DNA of 45,600 bases from a virus (lineage: Duplodnaviria; Caudoviricetes). The translations under genes and the position numbers were made by a program. Below, one piece after another: positions 16,568-24,706 of this stretch (its first letter is position 1; every line of letters starts with the position of its first letter). The notes under the pieces were generated by a model. It saw only the letters and a program-made list of their open reading frames with translations, searched no databases and had not been told where the DNA came from. The stretch spans positions 1 through 45,600 of the IMG/VR virus record IMGVR_UViG_3300033407_000031; one strand, 5' to 3'.

Positions 16568-17575
16568 ATGGTAACGACTTTACCGACGCTGACGCGGAGA
16601 ATCGACGACGCGTTCACGACGACGTGGTACGAGATCCGCCCTGAGGCGATCGACAACATCCTGAACAACCTGGTGGTCTGGGCTGCCCTGCAAGAGCGTG
16701 GGGTCCTGAAGACTCAGGTCGGCGGGGAGTTCATCACCCGGACAATCCGCCACGGGTCGAAGGACGCCTCGTGGATCAACAAGGCCTCGACCCTGACGCA
16801 GGGTGAGGACGAAATCGAGACGATGGCGAGGTGGGACTGGAGGTACGTGAGCTCCCACGTCGTTCGCTCGATCATCGACGATCAGAAAAACAATGGTCCG
16901 AGCAAGATCAAGAGTCTCGTTGCGGTCAAAACAGGGGCGGCACGGGATGCTCTCGAGCAGGAGTTCGAGGCGCAGATTCTCGGAACGGAGAATCCGACCG
17001 AGACGGGCGACACGATGATGAACTTGAACGACATCGTGCCGTCGGTGGCGAACCGGACGACCGGGACGTACGGTGGGATCGCTCAGCCCACGGCGTTCGC
17101 GAGTGGCGTCCCGAGCACCGGGAACGTCTGGTGGGGCGGTCGCTATAAGGAGCTCACCGCTCCGAAGGAAGTCAACCTGGTCACCGATATGGTGAACCTG
17201 TACAACACGCTTAGCTACGGCTCCCGCCCTCCGAATCTGATCATCACCGACCAGACCCTGTTCGAGCTGTACGAGAACATGGCGCTCGATCCGGCTCAGA
17301 TCGTGAAGCGGACGGGCGGAGTGGCCGACCTGGGATTCGAGGTCTTGATGTTCAAGGGTAAGGACATGATCTTTACCGGGAACATGTCCGCCTCGAACGC
17401 GTTGTTCCTGAACACCGACTTCATCGACGTCGTGTACGACCCACAGCTCTGGTTCGACATGACGGAGTGGAAGCCGGTTCCTCTGGAAACCCGCCGGATC
17501 GCACACTTCCTGAGTGCGGTCACTACGGTCTCCTCGCAGCGTCGCTGCCAGGGCAGACTCCATCCGGCGGCGTAA
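16568..17575 (+). CDS. major capsid protein
   Basis: 335 aa with PNLIITDQTLFELYE, LGFEVLMFKG and ALFLNTDFI, typical of HK97-fold podovirus capsids. Strongly biased codons. Confidence 0.9.
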   Translation: MVTTLPTLTRRIDDAFTTTWYEIRPEAIDNILNNLVVWAALQERGVLKTQVGGEFITRTIRHGSKDASWINKASTLTQGEDEIETMARWDWRYVSSHVVRSIIDDQKNNGPSKIKSLVAVKTGAARDALEQEFEAQILGTENPTETGDTMMNLNDIVPSVANRTTGTYGGIAQPTAFASGVPSTGNVWWGGRYKELTAPKEVNLVTDMVNLYNTLSYGSRPPNLIITDQTLFELYENMALDPAQIVKRTGGVADLGFEVLMFKGKDMIFTGNMSASNALFLNTDFIDVVYDPQLWFDMTEWKPVPLETRRIAHFLSAVTTVSSQRRCQGRLHPAA

Positions 17576-17584
17576 GGAGCTCCG

Positions 17585-18106
17585 ATGAAAAGTTTATTCA
17601 GCACGAAGTTGATCGAGACATCGACGTCCGATGAGGAGGGCGTTGGGACGTTGCGGTTCGAGGACGACAAGGTCTACCGATGGGTCCAGAACTACCACAC
17701 CGCTGCGCTCGAAGAGGGCAACGTGGCGTTCCACGTGTTCTCGCACCTCGGGAACGCCCACAAGCGAGTGACTTGGGGCCTCACGGCGAACCTGGGCTAC
17801 ATGGCCGGGGTCGTGATGTCCCAAGCCTCGGTCGCGGCAGCGAGTACGATCACCGCGGGCGATGGTGGGTACTGCTGGGTCCAAGTGCTCGGGTACAACG
17901 CGACGGCGGCGGTCTTTGCGTCGGAGACGGATCCGAAGACCGTGGGAGACACTCTCATTGGCGTGAACTTGCAGCTCTACGCGCATGCGGGGGCGGCGAT
18001 GGGAACGGCTCCCAAGTACACGAAGAACCTGCTCCTGCTCGAGGCAGTCGCCACCGCGACTACGGAAGCCGCCGAGGCCCACGACGTTTACGTCCACTGC
18101 CTGTGA
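17585..18106 (+). CDS. capsid decoration/cement protein
   Basis: Directly after the capsid gene. KVYRWVQ...YCWVQVLG pattern, AAGGAG RBS. Confidence 0.7.
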   Translation: MKSLFSTKLIETSTSDEEGVGTLRFEDDKVYRWVQNYHTAALEEGNVAFHVFSHLGNAHKRVTWGLTANLGYMAGVVMSQASVAAASTITAGDGGYCWVQVLGYNATAAVFASETDPKTVGDTLIGVNLQLYAHAGAAMGTAPKYTKNLLLLEAVATATTEAAEAHDVYVHCL

Positions 18107-18118
18107 AAGGATCTCTCG

Positions 18119-18931
18119 ATGCGTGTGTGTCTCGGGGTACCCGTGGTCGGTAGCGTGCCGGGCTATGCTTATCACAACCACCTCTCCGTCGCCATCGACG
18201 TAGCGACAGTGGCGATGGGAGAGCGGGGGGAGGTTATCATTCCAGGCGTTCTGGATATCCACCCGCACGGGAAGGCGCGCCAGGCGATTCTAGACGAGGC
18301 GATCAAGTTCGATTGCGATCTCTTGTACTTTGTTGATTCGGACATGATTGTTCCTCCCAAGGCGTTTGGCACGCTGCTTGGGACGCTCCAACGTGGGGCA
18401 GTGATGAGCGTGGGACACGCTTACCGACGCGGGTACCCCTACACACCGACTTGGTTCAAGGCACGGGATGGCAAGACTTGGAGCGTCGATGCGAAGAGCG
18501 GGGAGCACGAGATTGACTCGTGCGGGCTCGCGTGCAACGTTATCGATCTTGGGTGGCTCCGACAGTTCCCGGAGGAGAAGTGGTTCCTCCAGGGAACCCT
18601 CGACGGGAAGGAGTTCTACGAGGACGCTTGGTTCTGTGAGCGAGTGCGAGCGCACGGAGGGAAGGTGATCGGAAACGCAGATGTTCGATGTGGCCACATT
18701 GGCCTGCCGATCGTAATCAATGACGCATCCGCGGAGGCGCTGCGGAAGGCCCACCTGCGGGTGAGAAAGGAGCTTGACAATGGCACTTGGAGACAATCTG
18801 ATCTTTCGGAGGGGGCTCCGGAGGGAGTTCGCGGTGCACATGAGGAACACGGTGAACGAATACGCAGGAGGGCCTCATCCAATTCGGAGACTCCAACGGA
18901 GTCACCCGTTGCTCCTGTGTGCGAAGATTAG
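18119..18931 (+). CDS. GT-A fold (family 2-like) glycosyltransferase
   Basis: N-terminal beta strand RVCLGVP, DxD motif FVDSDM, and EDAWFC...ADVRCGHIG. Confidence 0.8.
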   Translation: MRVCLGVPVVGSVPGYAYHNHLSVAIDVATVAMGERGEVIIPGVLDIHPHGKARQAILDEAIKFDCDLLYFVDSDMIVPPKAFGTLLGTLQRGAVMSVGHAYRRGYPYTPTWFKARDGKTWSVDAKSGEHEIDSCGLACNVIDLGWLRQFPEEKWFLQGTLDGKEFYEDAWFCERVRAHGGKVIGNADVRCGHIGLPIVINDASAEALRKAHLRVRKELDNGTWRQSDLSEGAPEGVRGAHEEHGERIRRRASSNSETPTESPVAPVCED

Positions 18932-19100
18932 TGACACGGCTCCGACGGACGACACGGACGGCGATATGCCACCGTCGCTCGGAGCGATCTGCCTCCACTA
19001 CGACTCGGTTGGAGAGTTCCAAGCGGCGTATGTGGCACAGACAGGGACTCTCGCAGCTAGTGGAACGTGCAACTGGGTTGCGATGGAACACACTCCGTAA
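18780..19100 (+). CDS. hypothetical virion-region protein
   Basis: AAGGAG RBS before ATG 18780. Overlaps the low-complexity tail of the glycosyltransferase. Confidence 0.65.
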   Translation: MALGDNLIFRRGLRREFAVHMRNTVNEYAGGPHPIRRLQRSHPLLLCAKISDTAPTDDTDGDMPPSLGAICLHYDSVGEFQAAYVAQTGTLAASGTCNWVAMEHTP

Positions 19101-19112
19101 GGAGGCTCCCTG

Positions 19113-19853
19113 ATGCCCACTGGAGTTGACTTTCAACTTACTCGGGCCGAGATGACGACGAAGGTTCAGTCGAACCTAGGTCGGACCGACAAGGACGGCG
19201 AGATCGACTACGGTCTGAACGAGGCGTTCATCCTGCTCCACCAGGTGCACGACTGGAGGGAGCAGGTCGCGACGGTGACGGACTCGCTTGCGGAGGACGC
19301 TACGACCATCCTCGTAGCTGAGGTTGACCATGTGTGGAGCTTCGTCCTGGGCGTCAGGCTCTACGATGCAACGGATGACTCTTCCTACCCACTGAAGATC
19401 TGGAGCCCTCAGCAGTTCATCCGGCTCTGGCCAGATCCGACGGACAACACAAAGGCAGCTCCTTCGGACTGCTGGATTGACTACTCGACCTCAGGGGGCG
19501 CGACGGTGCGGCTGCAATCCCCCTCCGACGCGGCGTACACCCTCCTTACGCTCTACAACAAGGAGGGAACCTTCGCTGCGACGGGGTCTCCGTCACTGAA
19601 GGGCTTGGATAACTTCCTCACCTCCTACGCCACCTACTACGTCTTTGCGACGCTCGAGGCGTACCAACAGGCGTCGTGGTGGTTGCAGAAGGCCCAGGGG
19701 GAGCTCGCGATTCTTCTCAAGCGGGATCGACGCCGGCCGGAGCGAGTGGATAAGCCCGAGGGTTGGGTAAGTCGGGAGGGGCTCTCCGCAGGAGCGATCC
19801 CGACGAGCGTCGGGGGCGACATCCTCTCGCGGCCGTTTACTTACGGGATCTGA
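19113..19853 (+). CDS. head-tail adaptor (tail tubular protein A-like)
   Basis: Size, position before the nozzle, and helical N-terminus (IDYGLNEAF) as in podovirus adaptors. Confidence 0.65.
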   Translation: MPTGVDFQLTRAEMTTKVQSNLGRTDKDGEIDYGLNEAFILLHQVHDWREQVATVTDSLAEDATTILVAEVDHVWSFVLGVRLYDATDDSSYPLKIWSPQQFIRLWPDPTDNTKAAPSDCWIDYSTSGGATVRLQSPSDAAYTLLTLYNKEGTFAATGSPSLKGLDNFLTSYATYYVFATLEAYQQASWWLQKAQGELAILLKRDRRRPERVDKPEGWVSREGLSAGAIPTSVGGDILSRPFTYGI

Positions 19854-19856
19854 GTG

Positions 19857-21413
19857 ATGCGAGTTGGCCTGGAATATGCTCCGCGGGATGTGCCATTTCC
19901 CTTCAAGGGATTCAATAAGCTCATCCCTCCCGACCTCCTCGCCCCGTCGTACTCTCCGAACTGCAGTAACGTGATGATCGAGGACGGGATAGTCCAAACC
20001 CGGCCTGGCTTTAAGGCACTTGGGACTGGCATCGTCGCAACCGAGGACGTCTTGACGATAATCCCATTTGAGACAACGGCGGGAGCCTTGATCCTCATTG
20101 CTGTCACAACGGAGGACATCTACAAGCTCTCTGGGACGACATGGACTTCGATCCTTGGGTCTGAGTTGTGGACCGCTACGGTCGATAGCGTAATTAGCTG
20201 GTCCCAGGGGCTCGACGGGGATACCTTAGGACGTCAATTATGGATAACGAATGGGGGTGACGAGGTCCTAATGTGGACCGGAACTGGAAACGTGACATCA
20301 CCGACGCTCCTTCCTGCAGGCCATGCAGTGAAGGTAGAGTCGGCAGGATGCCTCCGGGTTTGGAAGAACCGCCTGATCCTTGGGAACATTCAATACTCTG
20401 ATGCGAGCGACGGTCCCCAGAACCTGATGTGGAGCGACGCGCTTGATCTGGATGACTTTGCGAACGGAACAGCGGGAGAGCTTACCCTCGCGGAGGCATC
20501 AGGGCGCATTAGGTGGCTGGAGGAATTCGGGGACCAACTTGCAGTCTATACGGATAACTCAATCGCTTTCTTGAGCAACATCGGCGGGGACTTCGTAATG
20601 TCCACGAGCGTTGTGGCTCAACAGACAAACTTAGCGTCCCCGAAGTCCGTTGTAGCTCTCCCTGGGGTCCACTTGTACCTGACCCGAGAGAACTTCATGG
20701 CCTTTGATGGGACTCCGAACCTCGTGGAGATCGGACCTACGATTGCCCCGTGGTATCGAAGCCTTAATGCCTCAGTTAACCCAGTGAACGCGTTCGGGGC
20801 GTACTTGTCCTCTCGGAGTCGCGTGTTTTGGATCCTTCCTGGAGGGATTGACCTAACTGGAACTGGCTACGGTCACACCGTCTACGTGATGGACTTCGAG
20901 AACAACAACTTGGGGTCCCTCGTCTGGTCTCCCTTCGTCTTCGAGAAGGTTCCGATCTGTGCGACCCCGTGGATCCTCCCTGATGACTTGGGAGTAGGCT
21001 CTCTCGAGGGAGAGCAAGAGATGATCTTCGGATTCGAGGATGGTCTCGCAGCTCGCTTCTCGCACGCCCTTACGCCTGGGGCTGGAACGGACGCAGGGAG
21101 CGCCTTTGTGTCGGGTTGGGATACTCCGGACTTCGTGGTGGGTCCGGGATATCCTGGAGCGCTAGCGCGGTGGGGAGAACTTCGACTACGTCTTTCCGGA
21201 ACGGGTCCCGTGCTCGTTCGGTACTCGCTGAACCGAGGATCCACTTGGACCTCGCTGGATGCGAGTTTGGATATCACAGGGACTCCTACGACCTACCGAC
21301 TTCCATTTGATAAGATCAGTGAGCAAGTCCGATTTCGCCTTCAGTCTGCTGGGACCCAGGGGTTCTTCTTGTACTTCCTTCAAGTGTGGTACAAGCCTCA
21401 AGGAGCTCGCTAG
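19857..21413 (+). CDS. tail nozzle / packaged-DNA stabilization protein (P22 gp10/T7 gp12-like)
   Basis: PFKGFN...NVMIEDGIVQTRPG start, beta-propeller-like WKNRLILGN and LMWSDALD, C-terminal QVRFRLQ. Confidence 0.75.
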   Translation: MRVGLEYAPRDVPFPFKGFNKLIPPDLLAPSYSPNCSNVMIEDGIVQTRPGFKALGTGIVATEDVLTIIPFETTAGALILIAVTTEDIYKLSGTTWTSILGSELWTATVDSVISWSQGLDGDTLGRQLWITNGGDEVLMWTGTGNVTSPTLLPAGHAVKVESAGCLRVWKNRLILGNIQYSDASDGPQNLMWSDALDLDDFANGTAGELTLAEASGRIRWLEEFGDQLAVYTDNSIAFLSNIGGDFVMSTSVVAQQTNLASPKSVVALPGVHLYLTRENFMAFDGTPNLVEIGPTIAPWYRSLNASVNPVNAFGAYLSSRSRVFWILPGGIDLTGTGYGHTVYVMDFENNNLGSLVWSPFVFEKVPICATPWILPDDLGVGSLEGEQEMIFGFEDGLAARFSHALTPGAGTDAGSAFVSGWDTPDFVVGPGYPGALARWGELRLRLSGTGPVLVRYSLNRGSTWTSLDASLDITGTPTTYRLPFDKISEQVRFRLQSAGTQGFFLYFLQVWYKPQGAR

Positions 21414-22069
21414 TGTCGATCGAACACTTCCGAATTCGCATTCCCTCCCTGACCGGCATCCCTGAGCCAATGCGGACGGTGCTTCGAGAGCTCTTCGTTG
21501 ACCTCCAGCGCCTGATCGTCGTTCCGCAACCGAGTGACCGGGCGACGGACTATAACCTGACCTACGACGGGACGGACGAACTGGTCGCTTGGGCCGTCCC
21601 TGCGGCGGCGGGGGCCCTTGACCTAGCGTACGGGGAGATCTCCGTTCGAGCGAATTCGGATACAATCTCTCCGAGCTCGAGTGGGTGGACCCTGGTAGAC
21701 GGCTTCGATACGAACGGAGCGTCCTTTGAAACGACCCCGAACGCCGTAAGCAATAGGATCACGGTTGCCCGGACTGGGACCTACCTGGTCCTCTTCAGTG
21801 GCGACTGGGAGAACACCACGACAGCCTCGTTCGAGCTGACGATCCAGGTGCAGAAGAACGGGGGAGCCGTTGCGTTCAACAACTTGTACTCCACGCACTT
21901 TCTCCCTGTGGGCACCGGAGACGTTGGGGATAACCAGAACATGAGCTTAAGCGGTATAGTCTCGCTTACCGCGAATGACTATATCCAGCTCTTCGCGTTG
22001 ACCAACGATGTGACTGCTAGGACAATCATAATGGAGAATAGTAACCTCTCCCTCGTCCAACTAGCTTAA
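21413..22069 (+). CDS. short tail needle/fibre with C1q/BclA-like C-terminal domain
   Basis: GTG 21413 after AAGGAG. RITVARTGTYLVLFS...SLSGIVSLTANDYIQL is a C1q/TNF-like pattern. Confidence 0.65.
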   Translation: MSIEHFRIRIPSLTGIPEPMRTVLRELFVDLQRLIVVPQPSDRATDYNLTYDGTDELVAWAVPAAAGALDLAYGEISVRANSDTISPSSSGWTLVDGFDTNGASFETTPNAVSNRITVARTGTYLVLFSGDWENTTTASFELTIQVQKNGGAVAFNNLYSTHFLPVGTGDVGDNQNMSLSGIVSLTANDYIQLFALTNDVTARTIIMENSNLSLVQLA

Positions 22070-22080
22070 GGAGCTTAGCT

Positions 22081-22923
22081 GTGCAGATCTTACGAGGTCG
22101 AAATCCGGTTGCGACGGCAGGGTTGCTTCGAGAGAGCGGGGGTCCCCCGAGCGAGCGGGTCCTCGGGTTCGTCGAGGACGCGCTGAGCGAGCCTGGAGTC
22201 GAGGACCGTCTGCTCGTTCTCTTCGCAGTGGAGGGGGAGGAAGTCCTGGCGTGGTTGATCGCTCTAGCGGGCGGGAATCACCCTTACGTGTGGTTGCATG
22301 GAGAGTGGTTGGCGGAGGGAGCGGAAGGGAATTCGCTCCCCCGTCAGCTCTTCCACCGAGTGGCTCTCTGGGCCGACGGGCTTGGGCGGGGCGAGATCCG
22401 GTTCGAGCGAAGGGACTCGATCGAGCCGTTCCTGGGCCGACGTCCCCCGACCCTCGTCGCAACGATTCTCTCCTACGACGTTGCAAGGAGTTTCGAAGAT
22501 GGGACTTTTCGACTCGGAGGTGGAGACAATCAGCACGTTGACGACACCCCAGAAGAGGGTGTCGAACGAGCTGGAGAGGGAGATCCTGACGGGCTTCGGA
22601 TCAACGAAGTTGGGATCGAGGGCGGAGGCGGATGCGAAAGCTCGAGCGAGAGCTCGGTGGAAGCTGATGCCGAAGGCGGATCGGGCGGGGAAGAAGCTGG
22701 CGGACTTGATCGAGGAGGAGATGCAAGCGACGTTCGCCCAGAGGCGACCGGCGGGAGCAGCTCCGTTCCCAGGACAGCTCTCGGCTCCAATCGAGCCGGA
22801 CGTTCAAGCGGCGAGGGAGAACCTACTGGGGTTCACTCCAACGGCGGGAGCGGGAGTTCCCGATTTGAGCCCGGCACCGACGCTCAGCGACTTCGCGAGA
22901 GAAACGCCGGCCGGAGTTCCTGA
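22081..22923 (+). CDS. GNAT-like protein in the tail/ejection module, with a long low-complexity extension
   Basis: AAGGAG RBS. The first ~140 aa look like an alpha/beta GNAT fold in the position of P22 gp14/T7 gp13. The rest overlaps the next gene. Confidence 0.5.
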   Translation: MQILRGRNPVATAGLLRESGGPPSERVLGFVEDALSEPGVEDRLLVLFAVEGEEVLAWLIALAGGNHPYVWLHGEWLAEGAEGNSLPRQLFHRVALWADGLGRGEIRFERRDSIEPFLGRRPPTLVATILSYDVARSFEDGTFRLGGGDNQHVDDTPEEGVERAGEGDPDGLRINEVGIEGGGGCESSSESSVEADAEGGSGGEEAGGLDRGGDASDVRPEATGGSSSVPRTALGSNRAGRSSGEGEPTGVHSNGGSGSSRFEPGTDAQRLRERNAGRSS

Positions 22924-23701
22924 CGTCCCGGGGCTCTCCGCAGCGCTGACGAGAAACCTGTCGGGTACGCCCTCGACCACCGTCCAGCTCGACCGCGGGA
23001 CGACTGAGCGTTTCTTCAAGGAGAGCGTTGCCGCACCGCTCTTAAGGGAGTTCGATCTCGAGATCGGCCCGAGGATCGCAGCTGCGGCGAGCGGGATCGG
23101 GGCGGGATTCTCGTCGAGACGGGGAGCGGAGACCCGGAGGGCACTGGAGAGCCTCCAGACGGAGCTGACGTCGCGCCTTGCGACGGAGCAACTTACGAAT
23201 ATGAGGCTGGAGGAACAAGCGAGGCTCGGGCTTGCCGAGAGTGCCGCGGCGAGATCGCTTGAGTCGATCCCGCAGGCCCTCCAGCTCCAGCAACAGCTCG
23301 CTGGGATCCCGATCGCGCAGTCACAGGAAGCCAGGGCTGGTCAAGCCGCGGATCGAGGGTTCGAGGCGACTCGGGCGAACATCGCGCTGACTGGACGTGG
23401 TCAGGAAGCGGACTTCAACCTCGCGAGGGGGCAGCTAGGTCTCCAGGGCCTCGGTCAGCAGTTCAATCAGCTCCTTGCTCAGTCCCAGGCCTCCCTTCCC
23501 TTCCAGGGCCTCGCCCAGAGCGAGCTCGATCGGGCGAGAGAGGAGTTTCTTCGGACTGCTCCGGAGAACAACCCCTTCACTCGCCTTGCGATGTCTTTCA
23601 TCGGATCGAACCAGACGGCAGTGAGTGCTCCGAGCTCTGATCCCTTCGCGAGTTTGCTTGGGGGCCTCGGGGGCCTCGGGGGGCTCCTTGGAGCCCTTTG
23701 A
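22499..23701 (+). CDS. internal virion (ejection) protein 1
   Basis: ATG 22499 after AAGGAG (MGLFDS). Gln/Ala-rich helical body and a Gly-rich hydrophobic C-terminus (LLGGLGGLGGLLGAL), as in P22 gp7-like proteins. Confidence 0.7.
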   Translation: MGLFDSEVETISTLTTPQKRVSNELEREILTGFGSTKLGSRAEADAKARARARWKLMPKADRAGKKLADLIEEEMQATFAQRRPAGAAPFPGQLSAPIEPDVQAARENLLGFTPTAGAGVPDLSPAPTLSDFARETPAGVPDVPGLSAALTRNLSGTPSTTVQLDRGTTERFFKESVAAPLLREFDLEIGPRIAAAASGIGAGFSSRRGAETRRALESLQTELTSRLATEQLTNMRLEEQARLGLAESAAARSLESIPQALQLQQQLAGIPIAQSQEARAGQAADRGFEATRANIALTGRGQEADFNLARGQLGLQGLGQQFNQLLAQSQASLPFQGLAQSELDRAREEFLRTAPENNPFTRLAMSFIGSNQTAVSAPSSDPFASLLGGLGGLGGLLGAL

Positions 23702-23716
23702 CTAAGGAACCTTTCA

Positions 23717-24706
23717 ATGGCTGCAACGCTCGTCATTCGCAGACCGGACCCCGTCAAGGACGCCATTGACTCCTTTCGGGTCGTTCGTGGGATCATCGAG
23801 GACTCGAAGGACCGACAGCTTCAGCGGGAGCTTCTCGAGTACCAGAAGCAACGTCAGAAGGCGCAGGAGAGTGCTCAGGGGATTGCGCAGGAGCTTGAAC
23901 GAGATCGCTTGAAGTTGATCCAGCGGAGGCTCCTCCACGACGAGGACGTGCTTAAGTCCGAGATGCAGCGCCACGCGGATCGGATGAAGAAGTCCCCAGG
24001 TGGCCTCTCCCCCGACAAGCTCGCGGACCTCCGAATCGATTCGATCAAGGAGGTCAACCGATCGCTGATGCTAGCGGAGACTCCGGAGGAGCGTCAGAAG
24101 CTCCTAGACCGGGTGGAGGGCTTCCTCGAAGCGTCATTGAATGACTCGGAGATGGCGAAGGCGACTGCGAAGGGAATTCGGGAGTTCTGGAAGGCGGACA
24201 AGGTCGCTCCGACTCCGGAGGCTCCCAAGGCGGCTCCTTCGAATTCCAGTCTGGGCTCTACCGTTGGTCGAGGCCTCGAAGCCGTTGGCGGGGCGGGGGA
24301 GTCTCTCGTCCAACGGATCCTCGGAGCAATCCGCCAAACCGCTTCGACGCAGGCTCCGGTCAATCCGGAGGATCCTACTGGGCAGCAGGGCCTTCGGCCG
24401 GGCTCGGGTCCGGTCGCGCAGTCCCCAGGCATCCTCGGAGCGATTCGGGGTCTTCCTCGGGCTCCGACAGAGACGGGACGGGCTCCCACGAGGTCCCAGA
24501 AGAAGGCTCCTGCGAAGGCTCCTGCGAAGGCCACCGCTCCTCCCGACACCGTAGCGACCATCAACCCGACCCCGGAGGAGTTCCGCCAGGCCCTAATTCG
24601 CCTCCGCGGCGAGGATCCGACCTTCGTCGCGCAGGCTCCCCAGGAGGAGCTCGAGCGTCGGATCGCCGAGATCGTGAAGGAGCTCCGAAGTGGCCGAGCA
24701 AACTGA
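23717..24706 (+). CDS. internal virion (ejection) protein 2
   Basis: Coiled-coil and Pro/Ala-rich. Lies between the other two ejection-type genes. Confidence 0.65.
   Translation: MAATLVIRRPDPVKDAIDSFRVVRGIIEDSKDRQLQRELLEYQKQRQKAQESAQGIAQELERDRLKLIQRRLLHDEDVLKSEMQRHADRMKKSPGGLSPDKLADLRIDSIKEVNRSLMLAETPEERQKLLDRVEGFLEASLNDSEMAKATAKGIREFWKADKVAPTPEAPKAAPSNSSLGSTVGRGLEAVGGAGESLVQRILGAIRQTASTQAPVNPEDPTGQQGLRPGSGPVAQSPGILGAIRGLPRAPTETGRAPTRSQKKAPAKAPAKATAPPDTVATINPTPEEFRQALIRLRGEDPTFVAQAPQEELERRIAEIVKELRSGRAN

Noticed and set aside
23655-24535. Short tandem repeats (GGL x3 near 23660; KAPA repeats near 24500)
   Set aside because: Ordinary in-frame low-complexity peptide repeats.
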